From the NCBI RefSeq assembly GCF_000143415.4, contig NW_003314278.1:1562362-1626361 (forward strand): 64,000 nt of DNA, in the 5' to 3' direction. Position 1 is the first letter of the stretch. The number at the start of each line of letters is the position of its first letter. This document shows positions 11,561-23,718 of the stretch, one piece after another. Source of the DNA: Selaginella moellendorffii (Eukaryota; Plantae; Lycopodiophyta). Under the pieces are notes generated by a model, which searched no databases, had not been told where the DNA came from, and saw nothing but the letters and a program-made list of their open reading frames with translations. The translations under genes were made by a program, and so were the position numbers.

Positions 11561-13720
11561 CGGATGTCCGCCTCTACCTAGGTTTTGCGGACACGCGCTG
11601 TCCACGCGAGACACTCGCATTGGTGAGCATTTAAATGTTTACCATACAATTGCTCCCTCTGTGCAAAAGCAAAAAACAAAAAAGAATAGGCCAACTTTAA
11701 AAATGAATGAATTATTTATTGTGTTATGTTTGATTTACTTGTTATTTCTATTTATTAATCAAATAAGAATTTATAATTGTGAGGGCCAAGTGTACAACTA
11801 CGATACTATATATTAATATTAGCATAATGGGATTTTAGTAGCCATCGAATTGATTTCAATCTGGACCACTTGCTTCTGTATATAAGCTATGGTTTTTGGG
11901 TTAATTGATATGCACATTTCTGTATTCCCTTTCCATATTCCATGCACTCACATTAGTAGAGTTAAGGAGCATCTTTGATTGTCCCTGAAGAGTGCTTGGA
12001 TTTGGGATTTTTTATTTAGATTTAGCTTTTACATCGTTTAGATCTAGCTTTTTCTATTTCCTTTCTTTTGTTCTTCCCTTTCAGGATTTTGGTTTAGATT
12101 TAGCTTTTTGCATTGTTTAGATCTACCATTTCCTTCTGGCTTTTTGTCATTTCTCTTCTTTTGTTTTTTTTTTTCATTCATCTTCATGGTAGATCAGCAA
12201 TCTCCTCTTTTGACTCTAGAGCAGCAGTTGGTCCAATTGCTTGATGTTATGTGTTTGCAATTGAACAACCGAACTCAATTGATAGTGGCATTCACAGCAC
12301 GTGGTCCAACTCCTCTTGCTCTTAGTGCTAATCCTTGCGTTTGGCCGGAGTTCTTTCGTGGGAATCTTGGGGATGATGTGTACCATTGGTTCGATCACTT
12401 CACGATGATTGCCACATATCATTTTTGGGATGATGCTCGATGTTTGGGTGAGTTTCCCACGTGTCTCCAAGTGACGACGTTGTAGTGGTACAATGGATTG
12501 AGCACGGCCACTCGTGGGGATTGGAGTGTTCTTCCGGACGTCTTCAAATGCGCCTTCGGACATACTGACAATTGTGATGATGCCTTCCAATAATTGCATT
12601 GTCTTTGTCAAGGGCCATCTGAGTCAGTGATGCAATTTAGTGTTCGTTTTCGAAGTCTTTTGCTTCGTGCGGAGCCCAATATGTCAGAGCGGATCAAGCT
12701 AGGAATGTTGTGGCCAACACTTCATCAAGATCTTGTTGGACTTGTGCATACACTTGCTCTTGCCACCCTTGACGATGCTCTTCACCTGGCACAACGTTAT
12801 GAAATGTCGCCTCTTCCACTTCTCACTACATGTCCTTCACCTCCACTTCCTATGAGTGATGGTCTTGTTCCAATAGAGGTTGATGCTGCTGCTACTCGAG
12901 TCCAAGGACAAGGGCGAGGACGTGGTCATGGCCGTAATGTTCGTTGCTGAGCATGTGATGAAGTTGGTCATACTTATCGGCGTTGTTAGCACTTTCCGGA
13001 TTGGCGACCTCCATTTCCTAGGTGGAGACCTTGACGTCAGCAACATCCCATTGGTGCTGTTGCAATGGAAGGTTTGGACACCGCGGTGCATCCAGGAAAC
13101 AAGGAGTCGCGTGAGTAACAGAGGGACCTTGTGCGAATAAGTTAGTGACCCCTCCATCTTTCTTTCAGAAGTATCATCAAGGGGTTCACTTGGCACCGGT
13201 TCATCCAGTGTTTACTTTCCAAGCTCTTTTTTATAACAAGATGTCTCCTATTATTCTCTCTGTATTGGTTGATACATGTTCGAGTTTATCTTCTATTGCT
13301 CGACCTGTTGCCACACGTTGTTGTCTACACTTGCGTTGTGCAATAGACCCAGTTTTCATTCTTTATGGCAACAGCCATACACATGCATGTGCACAAGATG
13401 AGGCGGACCTAGTTGTGCGTGTGGGCGATTTCAAGCTTGAGTTGCAGTCATTGCAGGTGGTGCCGAGTCAAGCTTTTGACCTCATTCTTGGTATAAATTG
13501 GTTGCAGCACAATCATGCCAAGTGTAACTTTGAGACCTCTCCCCCTTGTCTCATACTTCCTTATGTTTCATTCATTCCTCTCACTTTCGTACTTCTTTGT
13601 CCCTATACTTTTACCTCTGCTTCCATTACTTTTGTTCCCCCACTTTTTCCTCCTATGTTTCCATCTTGTTCTGCTCTTCTCTTTTCTGATCCCTCCAACG
13701 ATCTTTGTGTTGAAGCTATT

Positions 13721-13993
13721 GATCTCTTCAGAATTATAGACCCACAGCCGCATCATCGCGCACTCATAGGCATCCTCCGGCCGCAGCCGGACCTGCGGAA
13801 ACTGGTCTTCGAGATATTCGAGGATGACGTTCGACTCGATCAGGATGCGGCCGTCATGATCGAGCGTCGGCACGACCGCCTTGGGATTGAGCTTGGTGTA
13901 CGCCGGCTCGTAGTTCTCGAAGCGGAAGATGTCGACGTGGACGCTCTCCCACGGCAGCCCCTTCTCGGCGAGGCACATGCGCGCCTTCTGCGA
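13721..13993 (-). other. Bacterial-type glutathione S-transferase N-terminal fragment abutting an assembly gap (probable contaminant or chimera)
   Basis: Uninterrupted GC-rich frame SQKARMCLAEKGLPWE..LNPKAVVPTLDHDGRILIESNVILEYLED with the GST cis-Pro loop and ES motifs. Sharp composition change relative to the host retroelement. Confidence 0.85.
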
Positions 13994-14328
13994 NNNNNNN
14001 NNNNNNNNNNNNNNNNNNNNNNNNNNNNNNNNNNNNNNNNNNNNNNNNNNNNNNNNNNNNNNNNNNNNNNNNNNNNNNNNNNNNNNNNNNNNNNNNNNNN
14101 NNNNNNNNNNNNNNNNNNNNNNNNNNNNNNNNNNNNNNNNNNNNNNNNNNNNNNNNNNNNNNNNNNNNNNNNNNNNNNNNNNNNNNNNNNNNNNNNNNNN
14201 NNNNNNNNNNNNNNNNNNNNNNNNNNNNNNNNNNNNNNNNNNNNNNNNNNNNNNNNNNNNNNNNNNNNNNNNNNNNNNNNNNNNNNNNNNNNNNNNNNNN
14301 NNNNNNNNNNNNNNNNNNNNNNNNNNNN
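13994..14328. other. Assembly gap (run of N)
   Basis: Directly visible. Confidence 0.99.
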
Positions 14329-16609
14329 CGGTCAATAGATTCAACACGTGTGGCAATCGTGACGTCCAAGATTGCCACACGTCATCCCATTCCAACTGGG
14401 GATGCTCATTCAATCAAGGTTCCTGTTCGTCGTCGGTCAACCAAGGAGATTAAGATTTTACGTGCAAATGCCAAGGAGATATTGGAGAAGGGTGTTATTC
14501 AGAAGTCGTAGAGTCTTTGGGCATGTGAACCTCATCTTGTAACGAAGCCTGATGGGAGTATTCGTTTCTACATCGACTATCGTCCGTTAAATGAAGTGAC
14601 GATCCTGGATGTGTACCCTCTTCCTCACACTGCTGATCTCTTGGATCGTCTGGGGTGAAGTTGTTGGTTCACCAAGCTAGATCTTGCTTCTGGGTATTGG
14701 CAAGTACCGATGGCCAAAGAAGATATTCTTAAGACTGCTTTTCATACACTATTTGGTTTGTACGAGTTCTTGGTGATGCTATTTGGTTTGAACAATGCTC
14801 CAGCAACTTTCCAACGGATGATGGACGAGGTTCTTTGTGATATGCCAGAGGTGACTGCTGACTTCATTGATGATGTCTTGATTTACTCGGAGGGGATGTG
14901 GGAGGAGCACATTTGTGATGTGTGTAAAGTATTGGATCTGCTACGGGATGTTGGTTTAAAGCTGAAGCGATCGAAGTGCATGTTTGGGTCCAAGGACACA
15001 ACTTATTTTAGGTACCGTATTTCTCGTGAGGGTTTGCAAGTTGATCCTGACAAACTTGTAACCATTCTAAAGTTCCCTACTCTGAAGTGTGTGAATGATG
15101 TGCAACAAGGTGTAGTATCTCGGTCGTTTTGTGGATCATCTTTCTGATCACATTAGACCGTTGTGAGTGTTGCTGAAGTTGTCAACATCATCTTTCATCT
15201 AGTCTTTAGATTGTGAGTGGGCATTTGTGGATCTCAAAGAGCTATTAACGACTCCTCCGATTTTGGCATATCCTAACTACACTCGACCTTTTATTTTGCA
15301 TGTCAATACTTCTAATATTGGTCTTGGAGGTGTATTAATGTAAGAAAGCCCGAGTGTGCCTAGTCAGTATCATCCCATTGCATATATAAGCCATGTTACA
15401 ACAAGCAAAGGTGAACTACTCCATGACAGAGAAGGAGTGTTTAGTGGTAGTTTGGGGTTTCGAGAAACTTCATGCATATTTACATGGTTCTCAGACGTTA
15501 CTTGAAGGTGGCCATGCTACCATTACTTCATTATTGAAGCGGAAGAACCTGGTTGGTCGTATTGCTCAGTGGGTTTTGAAGCTTCAGATATATGATTTTA
15601 ATGTTATTCATCGCTTAGGGAGTTCTATGGCTAATACTGATACCCTTTCTCGAGCTCCTCTTCCTTCTCCACTCTCTTCTTATGTTTATGATGAGCCTGT
15701 TGTTCCAGCATCTGTGGATTTTCTAGACAAGGATTCTATGCCGTCGACGGTTGCTGTACTTGACGTTCAGTGTCCTCAAGGCGCAGAGCAAGATCTACCT
15801 TCTCTTTGCGAGGCTCAAAAGATTGAGCCGTGGATTCAAAGACTTCGAGATGAAAAGGGAATACAGAAATGTGCATATCAATTAGCCTAAAAATCCTAGC
15901 TTATATACAGAAGCAAATAGTCCGAATTGAAACCAATCTGACGGCTACCAAAATCCCACTATGCTAATATTAGTATACGGCATCGTAGCCGTACACTTGG
16001 CCCTCACATCATCCCCTCCTTTTGGAATAATGGAAAAAATGGGTTCTCTTGTAGACGGGTTGGGATCTAGAGGAACGTCAGGAGGAGGCATCGGTGGATC
16101 TGTAAATGGTATTAATTGCTCTTAATCCCTTTGTATAAAGTGTTTCAACCACTACACATGCACAATCTTCGGAGGATCGGCCTGCTGGACATCATGCCGA
16201 ACCTCATAAACTTGCGGCCAACTTGCCGTAACACCTAATATGGTCCTTTCCACTGCACAATCCCATGCACTCACATAATTATAAATATATTTAAACATAA
16301 AGTTAATCTTATTTAATATTAACCACTAGATAGTAAAAAACTAAAATATACAAAAACATTTAGGAAAGTTTATAAATACAAGATTAATATGACACTTGCC
16401 CAGAATATGCTGTGTAGGTAGCAAAATATTGTTTTGATTTTCTAATATATTAAAAACTAAATTGGAATTATATCAAAAAACAAATATTATATTCCACTTT
16501 AATTATGCCTAGAAAATGTTAGATTGATTACAAAAATTAATTCTTCAAAACTTGATAATATAAATATTTAGAACAAAATATACTCCTAGGCATAAATAAA
16601 AATAAAGCT

Positions 16610-17000
16610 TCGAGCTAGAGTTCCTTGGTAAATGTGACTGTCACAGATGATCCGATCCAGTCAGTCACTAAAATGAGTAAGATATCTCAACATTCTTTAA
16701 CTTACTCATGTTCCACTTCAAGAGTAACTACATTGGTTGAGGCCGTAATGCCGAAGGGGCAATGAAATATTGGTCGGGGCCAGTGGCATTCACCAGAGTA
16801 GACAGCTTAAGGATGTGTTGGTTCTTTCCAAGCTTAAGAGGAATGTGAAGAAGAATGTCCTTGAAAGTATGATCAAGACAACGTAAAAACCATGTCTTTT
16901 GGAGGCTGAAGACCACCGAGTGTCATCGCACCACCCCCCTTGTCCATCCCTCCATAACAAAGAGAGAAAATGTCCTTCATCACATTCTTCTCAACACCTC
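16610..17000 (-). pseudogene. Fragments of a plant A1 aspartic protease-like gene
   Basis: VEKNVMKDIFSLCYGGMDKGGGAMTLGGLQPPKDMVFTLS matches the conserved FSLCYGGMD.GGGAM.LGG..PP.DMVF segment. No start codon, catalytic motifs or full gene. Confidence 0.7.
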
Positions 17001-19823
17001 TGTCGTCGCTGGTGGAGGCGCCGCTGCTGCCATTGGGTGGACCACTGGACCCGTTGGATCTAGAGCCCGCGGGTCCAGATCTGCTGCTGGCACCTGTTCC
17101 CGCGAGGACTGGGAGCTGCAGCTTCACTGGCCATTTACTCGCTTTCCTCTAGAGCTACACCCTTTCTCTAAAGCAGCAGTGGAGATCCTCCATGCCGGGA
17201 GTGACAGTGGCGAGACTGTAGCTCCGGATATGCTGCTGGTGCCTGTTCTTGCAGGGATTGCTGTGGCGATTGAGCGGGAGATCTCTGAGTAGATTATCTC
17301 TGCCTGGGAGATCCGGGAGCCACAGCTTCACTGGGCATTTACTCGACCGCATCCCTCTCTTACCCTTTCCCTAAAGCAGCGGCTCTCCACATCGGGAGCG
17401 ACAGGGCGATTTGTGCAGGAAAATTTAAAAGATCTTAACAAAAAAAGTTTGGATGATGATAGAAAAGACACTTGCATGTGACACGTGTCGCTGGGCCTTC
17501 TTCTCCCACCCCATGCAGCTTGGCCGCCTCACATTGGCCGAGAGCAAACATTAGAAAAATTTCTCGCACAACCATGGCTATCGACCCTGGAGCCAACAGC
17601 CAGTGAACCTCCCTGCTATCACTTTATATGTATAGATAACAACTGTTAGATGGTAAAATATCTTAAAATATCCATGTATATTTTAGGCATATTCACTACT
17701 ATTCACTCTAAGCAAACCAAAAATTGTATTTCATAAATTGATACTTATAAATTGATAAATTTTATTTTTAGTATAAAAATAGAATTACTTATTATTATTG
17801 AAAAATTTATCAATAGAGATAAGTGAAATGCTAATGTATGTAACTTGAGAAATTTTTGTGTGGTATTGATATTTTAATTCACTTTAGATATATGTTATAT
17901 TCTCATTTAACATTTTATATTTTTTAATATATTATTTATGATTTAACTCAGTGTCCATTTGTAAAATTATTAAAACCTTGAATATATATAATACATGAAA
18001 TCATTATTTGGTTATGTGGCAGAATTTTAATATATAAAATTATTAAATATTTAAATATGGCTTAATTTAGAATAAAAATTATAAAAAGTTCATAAATGTT
18101 CTTTCAAATCAAAGAATTTAATGATATTCTGTCTATTGATTTTAGACTTGAAAATTTATGATGCCATATACTAATATTAGCGTAGTGGGATTTTAATAGC
18201 GGTTTCAATCTAGACCACTTAATTTTATAAATAAATTAAAGTTTTTGGGCTAATTGAATATTCATATTTTTATATTTCATTTCCATATTCCATGCACTCA
18301 TATTGGTGAAGTTAAGGGGTAATCTCAATTTTCCCTAATTAGTGTTTGGATTTCTACTTTTGGTTTAAATGTAGCTTTTAAATCATTTAAATCTCATTTT
18401 AATTATAGTTTTTCATTTTTCTCTTTTTTGCTTTTTTTCTTTTTGTTTATCTTCATGGCAAAGCAATAACCTCCTCCTTATTTAACTTTGGAGTAGCAAT
18501 TTTAAATGTAATATGGTTGCAATTGAACAATCAAACTCAATTGATAATGGTATTCACCTATTACTCTTATTGTTAATTTTCACATCTGACCGATGTTCTT
18601 CTCTGGGAATCCTAAGAATGATATACACCATTGATTTAATCACTTTATGGTGGTTAACACTTTTCATTCTTGAAATGATGCTTAACATTTATATAAGTTT
18701 CCTATATGTCTCTAAAGGTTGGCATTGCAATGGCACAATGGTTTAATAATAACGATTTGTGTAAATTGAAATATTCTTTTGACATCTTCAAGCATATATT
18801 TAGATATGTTAACAATTGTGATAATACCTTCCTACAATTGCATCATTTTTGTCAAATATCCTTTAAATTAATGATACAATTTAGTATTTGCTTCCGAAAC
18901 CTCTTGCTTTATGTGGAGCTAAATATGTATGTTTACTTTTCATTTTTATAACAAAAGATTTCCTATTATTTTTTCTATATCTTTTATTACTTAGCCTATT
19001 GCCACATGATGGCATTTATAATTATGTCATATAGTAAAATCAATCTTCATTCTTTATAGCAACAATCATACATATGCATATATGTGGGATGTGATAGACT
19101 TAGCTATACATATAAGTGATCTCAAACTTGAATTTCAATCATTGCAGGTAATGCTAAGTCAAACTTTTGACTACATCTTTGTAAAACTTCTTGTGAAGGT
19201 TTGTAAGTTAATTCTAACAAACTTGTAACTATTTTAAAGTTCTTTATTCCAAAATGTGTGAATAATATGCAATGCTTCCTATATAAGATGCAATATCTTG
19301 GTTATTTTATTGATCATCTTTTTTATTATATTTCACCATTATGAGTGTTGCTGAAGTTGTCAATATTATCTTTCATTTAGTCTAAAAATTGTGAGTAGGC
19401 ATTTGTGAATTTCAAAGAGCTATTGATGAATTTTCAAATTTGGCATATTCTAAATACACTTAACCTTTGATTTTGTGCTTGGATACTTTTTATATCAATC
19501 TTGAAAGTGTGTTAATGTAAAAAAGCACAAAAGTGTTTGATTAGCATCATCTTATTACATATATCAACCATACATTACAACCATTAAAGGTAAAACAGTC
19601 ACAATAGAGAAAGAGTCTTTTTGAACATTACTAAAATGCAATCATGCTATGGTTACTTTGTTATTGAAGTGAAAAGACTTTATTAGTTGTATTATTCGGT
19701 AGACTCTAAAACTTCAAATATATGGTTATTCATTGCCCAATGAATTTTATAGTTGATGTTGACACCCTTTCTTAAGCTTTTATCCCTTCTTCACTCTCTT
19801 ATTCTATTTTTGATGAGTCTATT

Positions 19824-20379
19824 TGTAGCACACCTTATTTCTCTCCCCTTAAGCCAATTGGAAAAGGGGCAATTGCTTGATGAGAGAGCCTTTAATGGCT
19901 ATTTTATCCCCATTTATCCCCCAAGGTTCTAAGGATCCATGGTGACAGTATATCCAAATTTCATCCCATGATCACATGCGCTACACTCACCCCCCATTCA
20001 GAGATGTCAATTGATTAACAACCCCTATTGAGCCAAGGGGAACCAACACCTCCATTTCTGCACTAAATCTACTAATCCTTCCATATGCATGGATGCTCAA
20101 TATGTACGATTTCAAATTTAGGGGTAGGAATATACTTTATTCAAGGGTATATTATACTTTTTTAAGTAGCCACTAATCAATGGAAATTGAACCTATGTCA
20201 TTTTCTCTGATACTAACTATAACACACCTTATCTTTCTCCTCTTAAGCCAATTGGAAAAAGGGCAATTGCTTGATGAGAAAGCCCTTAGTGGCTATTTTA
20301 TCCCCATTTATCCCCCAAAGTTCCAAGGATCCACGATAATAATATATCCAAATCTCATCCCATGATCACATGCGCTACA
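19824..20379 (-). mobile_element. Complete TRIM (miniature non-autonomous LTR element)
   Basis: Two ~162-bp LTRs TGTAGC..GCTACA with a ~230-bp non-coding interior. Reverse PPT (ctcacccccc) and degenerate reverse tRNA-iMet PBS. Perfect 5-bp TSD CTATT at 19819..19823 and 20380..20384. Confidence 0.92.
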
Positions 20380-20666
20380 CTATTGTTTTAATATCAATGG
20401 ATGTTTTGGATAAAGATTTTGTGTTATTAGTAGTTGTTATATTTGATATTTAGTGTTCATACGATGTGGAGCAAGATTAAAAGTTCGTGAGGCTCAAAAA
20501 GTTGAGTTATAAATCCAAAAGCTTTATGAAGGGTTTGAGAATTTTACATCATTTGTTGATGATTTGAAGTTTTAACATTTATATTTTCAATATCACTTAA
20601 GAACAACCTTCTTTATTTTAGAGACTAATCCTAATGATCATTTACAGTTGGTATGTAAGTAACCAA

Positions 20667-20893
20667 AGAGACCGACTCTGAGATCGAGTTCGAGATAGAG
20701 TCCAGGATCAAGTTCAAGGCTGAATCAGAGACCGAGTTTAAGACCGAGTTCGAGACAGAGTCTGATATCCAAGACCGGGTCCAAGACCGAGTCCGAGGTC
20801 GAGTCCGAAGTCGAGTTCGAGATCGAGTTCGAGATCGAGTCCGAGACCAAGTCCAAAGTTGGGTCCGAGATCGAGTCCGAGACCGAGTCCGAG
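20667..20893. repeat. 12-bp minisatellite (GAGACCGAGTCC consensus), ~19 imperfect units
   Basis: Directly visible. Gives the spurious RTRS-repeat ORF 20631..20963. Confidence 0.88.
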
Positions 20894-21086
20894 TACTAAT
20901 ATGGGTCAAGGGGTGAAAGCCCAAAGTGTGCATCTCCTGGGGGGGGGCTGCATGGGGTTCCAAAAGTATAGTAGGGATAGTGAGGTCTGGGAACCAGTCT
21001 TGAAGGAACTCTCTAGTGGTGCTTCCAAACTAACTTGAGGTTGAAACTAGGGTTGAAGGGCCTTAGGTGGGAGTGAGCATGGACTT

Positions 21087-21442
21087 GGGTGGTGCCAGAG
21101 GGGCCACCCAAGGAAGTGCTCAAGAGCAGCTCCCACTCCCAAAAGGGAAACTGACTGTGGTGCTCTCGGCTCATGTGAAGTGGTGCCCCACTTGAGTATT
21201 TTGTGGCTCATTAGTCCTCGCCCTTCCCTTCGGGATAGAAGTGGTGGATTTATCTCCCAAGGTCTCGGGTGGTGCCAGAGGGGCCACCCAAGGAAGTGCT
21301 CAAGAGCAGCTCCCACTCCCAAAAGGGAAACTGACTGTGGTGCTCTCGGCTCATGTGAAGTGGTGCCCCACTTGAGTATTTTGTGGCTCATTAGTCCTCG
21401 CCCTTCCCTTCGGGATAGAAGTGGTGGATTTATCTTCCAAGG
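21087..21442. repeat. 180-bp near-perfect tandem duplication
   Basis: 21087..21262 repeats at 21267..21442, almost identical. Confidence 0.95.
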
Positions 21443-23718
21443 TTCCAAGGATCCACAGTGATAGTATATCCAAATCTCATCCCATGATCACATGCACTAC
21501 ACTCACCCCCCCTTCAAAGATGTTAATGTCCTCATTGACTATTGATTAACAACCTCTATTGAGCCAAGGAGAACCAGCACCTCCATTTTTGCACTCAATC
21601 TACCAATCCTTCCATTATGTAGACTAGTTATTCCATGTGAGGCAACTAGTTATCCACCCGTATTGCAGTCCCACGGTGGATACCTTCGTCTGTGGATACT
21701 CCACACAAGAGGAAGGACGTACGCATGGATGCCCAATACGTACGATTTCAAATTAAGGGGTGGGAATATACCTTGCTCAAAGGTATATTATACTTTTAAG
21801 TAGCCACTAATAAATAGGAATCGAACCCATGCCATTTGCTCTGATACCAACTGTAGCGCACCTTATCTCTCTCCCCTTAAGCCAACTAGAAAAGGGGCAA
21901 TTGCTTGATGAGAGAGACCTTAGTGGCTATTTTATCCCCATTTATCTCCCAAGGTTCCAAGGATCCATAGTGACAGTATATCCAAATCTCATCCAATGAT
22001 CACATGTGCTACACTCACCCCCCCCTTCAAAGATGTCAATGTCTTCATTGACTATTGATTAACAACCCCTACTGAGCCAAGGGGAATGAACACCTCCATT
22101 TCTGCACTCAATCTATCAGTCCTTCCATTGTGTAGACTAGCAGGCAACTAGTCATCCACCCGTACTGCAGTCCCACGGTGTATATCTACCAGTCCTTCCA
22201 TTGTGTAGACTAGCTATTCCATGTGAGGCAACTAGTCATCCACTCGTACCGCAGTCCCACAGTGGATATCTACCAATCCTTCCATTGTGTAGACTAGCTA
22301 TTCCATGTGAGGCAATTAGTCATCCACCTGTACCGTAGTCCCACGGTGGATACCTTCGTCCGAGACTAGCTATTCCATGTGAGGCAACTAGTCATCCACC
22401 CATACCGCAGTCCCAGGTGGATATCTACCAGTCCTTCCATTGTGTAGACTAGCTATTCCATGTGAGGCAACTAGTCATCCACCCGTACCGCAGTCCCACG
22501 GTGGATACCTTCGTCCGAGACTAGCTATTCCATGTGAGGCAACTAGTCATCCACCCATACCGCAGTCCCAGGTGGATATCTACCAGTCCTTCCATTGTGT
22601 AGACTAGCTATTCCATGTGAGACAACTAGTCATCCATCCGTATCGCAGTCCCACGGTGGATACCTTCGTCCGAGACTAGCTATTCCATGTGAGGCAACTA
22701 GTCATCCACCCATACCGCAGTCCCAGGTGGATATCTACCAGTCCTTCCATTGTGTAGACTAGCTATTCCATGTGAGACAACGAGTCATCCATCCGTACCG
22801 CAGTCCCACGGTGGATACCTTCATCCGAGACTAGCTATTCCATGTGAGGCAACTAGTTATCCACCCATACCGCAGTCCCAGGTGGATATCTACCAGTCCT
22901 TCCATTGTGTAGACTAGCTATTCCATGTGAGACAACTAGTCATCCATCCGTACCGCAGTCCCACGGTGGATACCTTCGTCCGAGACTAGCTATTCCATGT
23001 GAGGCAACTAGTCATCCACCCATACCGCAGTCCCAGGTGGATATCTACCAGTCCTTCCATTGTGTAGACTAGCTATTCCATGTGAGACAACTAGTCATCC
23101 ATCCATACCGCAGTCCCATGGTGGATACCTTCGTCCGAGACTAGCTATTCCTTCCATTGTGTAGACTAGCTATTCCATGTGAGACAACTAGTCATCCACC
23201 CGTACCGCAGTCCCATGGTGGATACCTTCGTCCGAGACTAGCTATTCCATGTGAGGCAACTAGTCATCCACCCGTACTGCAGTCCCAGCTATTCCATGTG
23301 AGGCAACTAGTCATCCACCCGTACCGTAGTCCCACGGTGGATACCTTCGTCCATGTATCCACCCGTACCGTAGTCCCACGGTGGATACCTTCGTCCATGG
23401 ATACTCCACACAAGAGGAAGGACGTACGCATGGAAGCCCAATACATACGATTTCAAATTTAGGGGTAGAAATATACCTTACTCAAGAGTATATTATACTT
23501 TTAAGTAGCCACTAATCAATGGGAATCGAACCCGTGCCATTTGCTCCGATACCAACTATAGCGCACTTTATCTCTCTCCCCTTAAGCCAACTGGAAAAGG
23601 GGCAATTGCTTGATGAGAGAGCCCTTAGTGGCTATTTTATCCCCATTTATCCCCCAAGGTTCCAAGGATCCACAGTGGTAGTATATCCAAATCTCATCCC
23701 ATGATCATATGTGCTACA
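21428..23718 (-). mobile_element. Tandem-array TRIM (partial LTR - internal - LTR - expanded internal - LTR)
   Basis: LTRs at ~21428..21501 (truncated), 21852..22013 and 23557..23718. Reverse PBS gctctgatacca/gctccgatacca and reverse PPT in each unit. Confidence 0.9.
22112..23400. repeat. Tandem array inside the TRIM internal domain: alternating 84-bp and 71-bp subunits forming a 155-bp higher-order repeat
   Basis: atatctacca recurs at 22421, 22576, 22731, 22886 and 23041. Both subunits share the core gactagctattccatgtgaggcaactagtcatccaccc. Confidence 0.93.

Larger units (their letters stand above)
11778..16275 (+). mobile_element. Ty3/gypsy LTR retrotransposon copy 1 (degenerate); 3' part inverted and integrase core deleted
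   Basis: 5' LTR TGTGAGGG..CACTCACA at 11778..11952. Gag with CCHC remnant, protease (VLVDTCSS..DLILGINWL), RT (FIDDVLIYS) and RNase H in gypsy order, with many stops. Terminal CACTCACA at 16275. TAAT present on both flanks. Confidence 0.9.

Noticed and set aside
13145-14453. Long ORFs crossing the N run
   Set aside because: Artefacts of translating through the gap. They join retro-protease, GST and pol pieces.
11778-16008. DIRS-type or TIR element suggested by terminal inverted repeats
   Set aside because: It has a protease, PPT, integrase tail and a forward LTR end with TSD. The other copies have direct LTRs, so this is a secondary inversion.
19824-20379. Cassandra element with 5S rRNA in its LTRs
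   Set aside because: No recognisable 5S rRNA segment in the 162-bp LTR.
20631-21461. RS-repeat protein and duplicated-domain ORFs
   Set aside because: Translations of the 12-bp minisatellite and the 180-bp duplication within TE DNA.
22112-23400. CRISPR-like array
   Set aside because: No unique spacers, just two alternating subunits, no cas genes, and it lies inside a plant TRIM.
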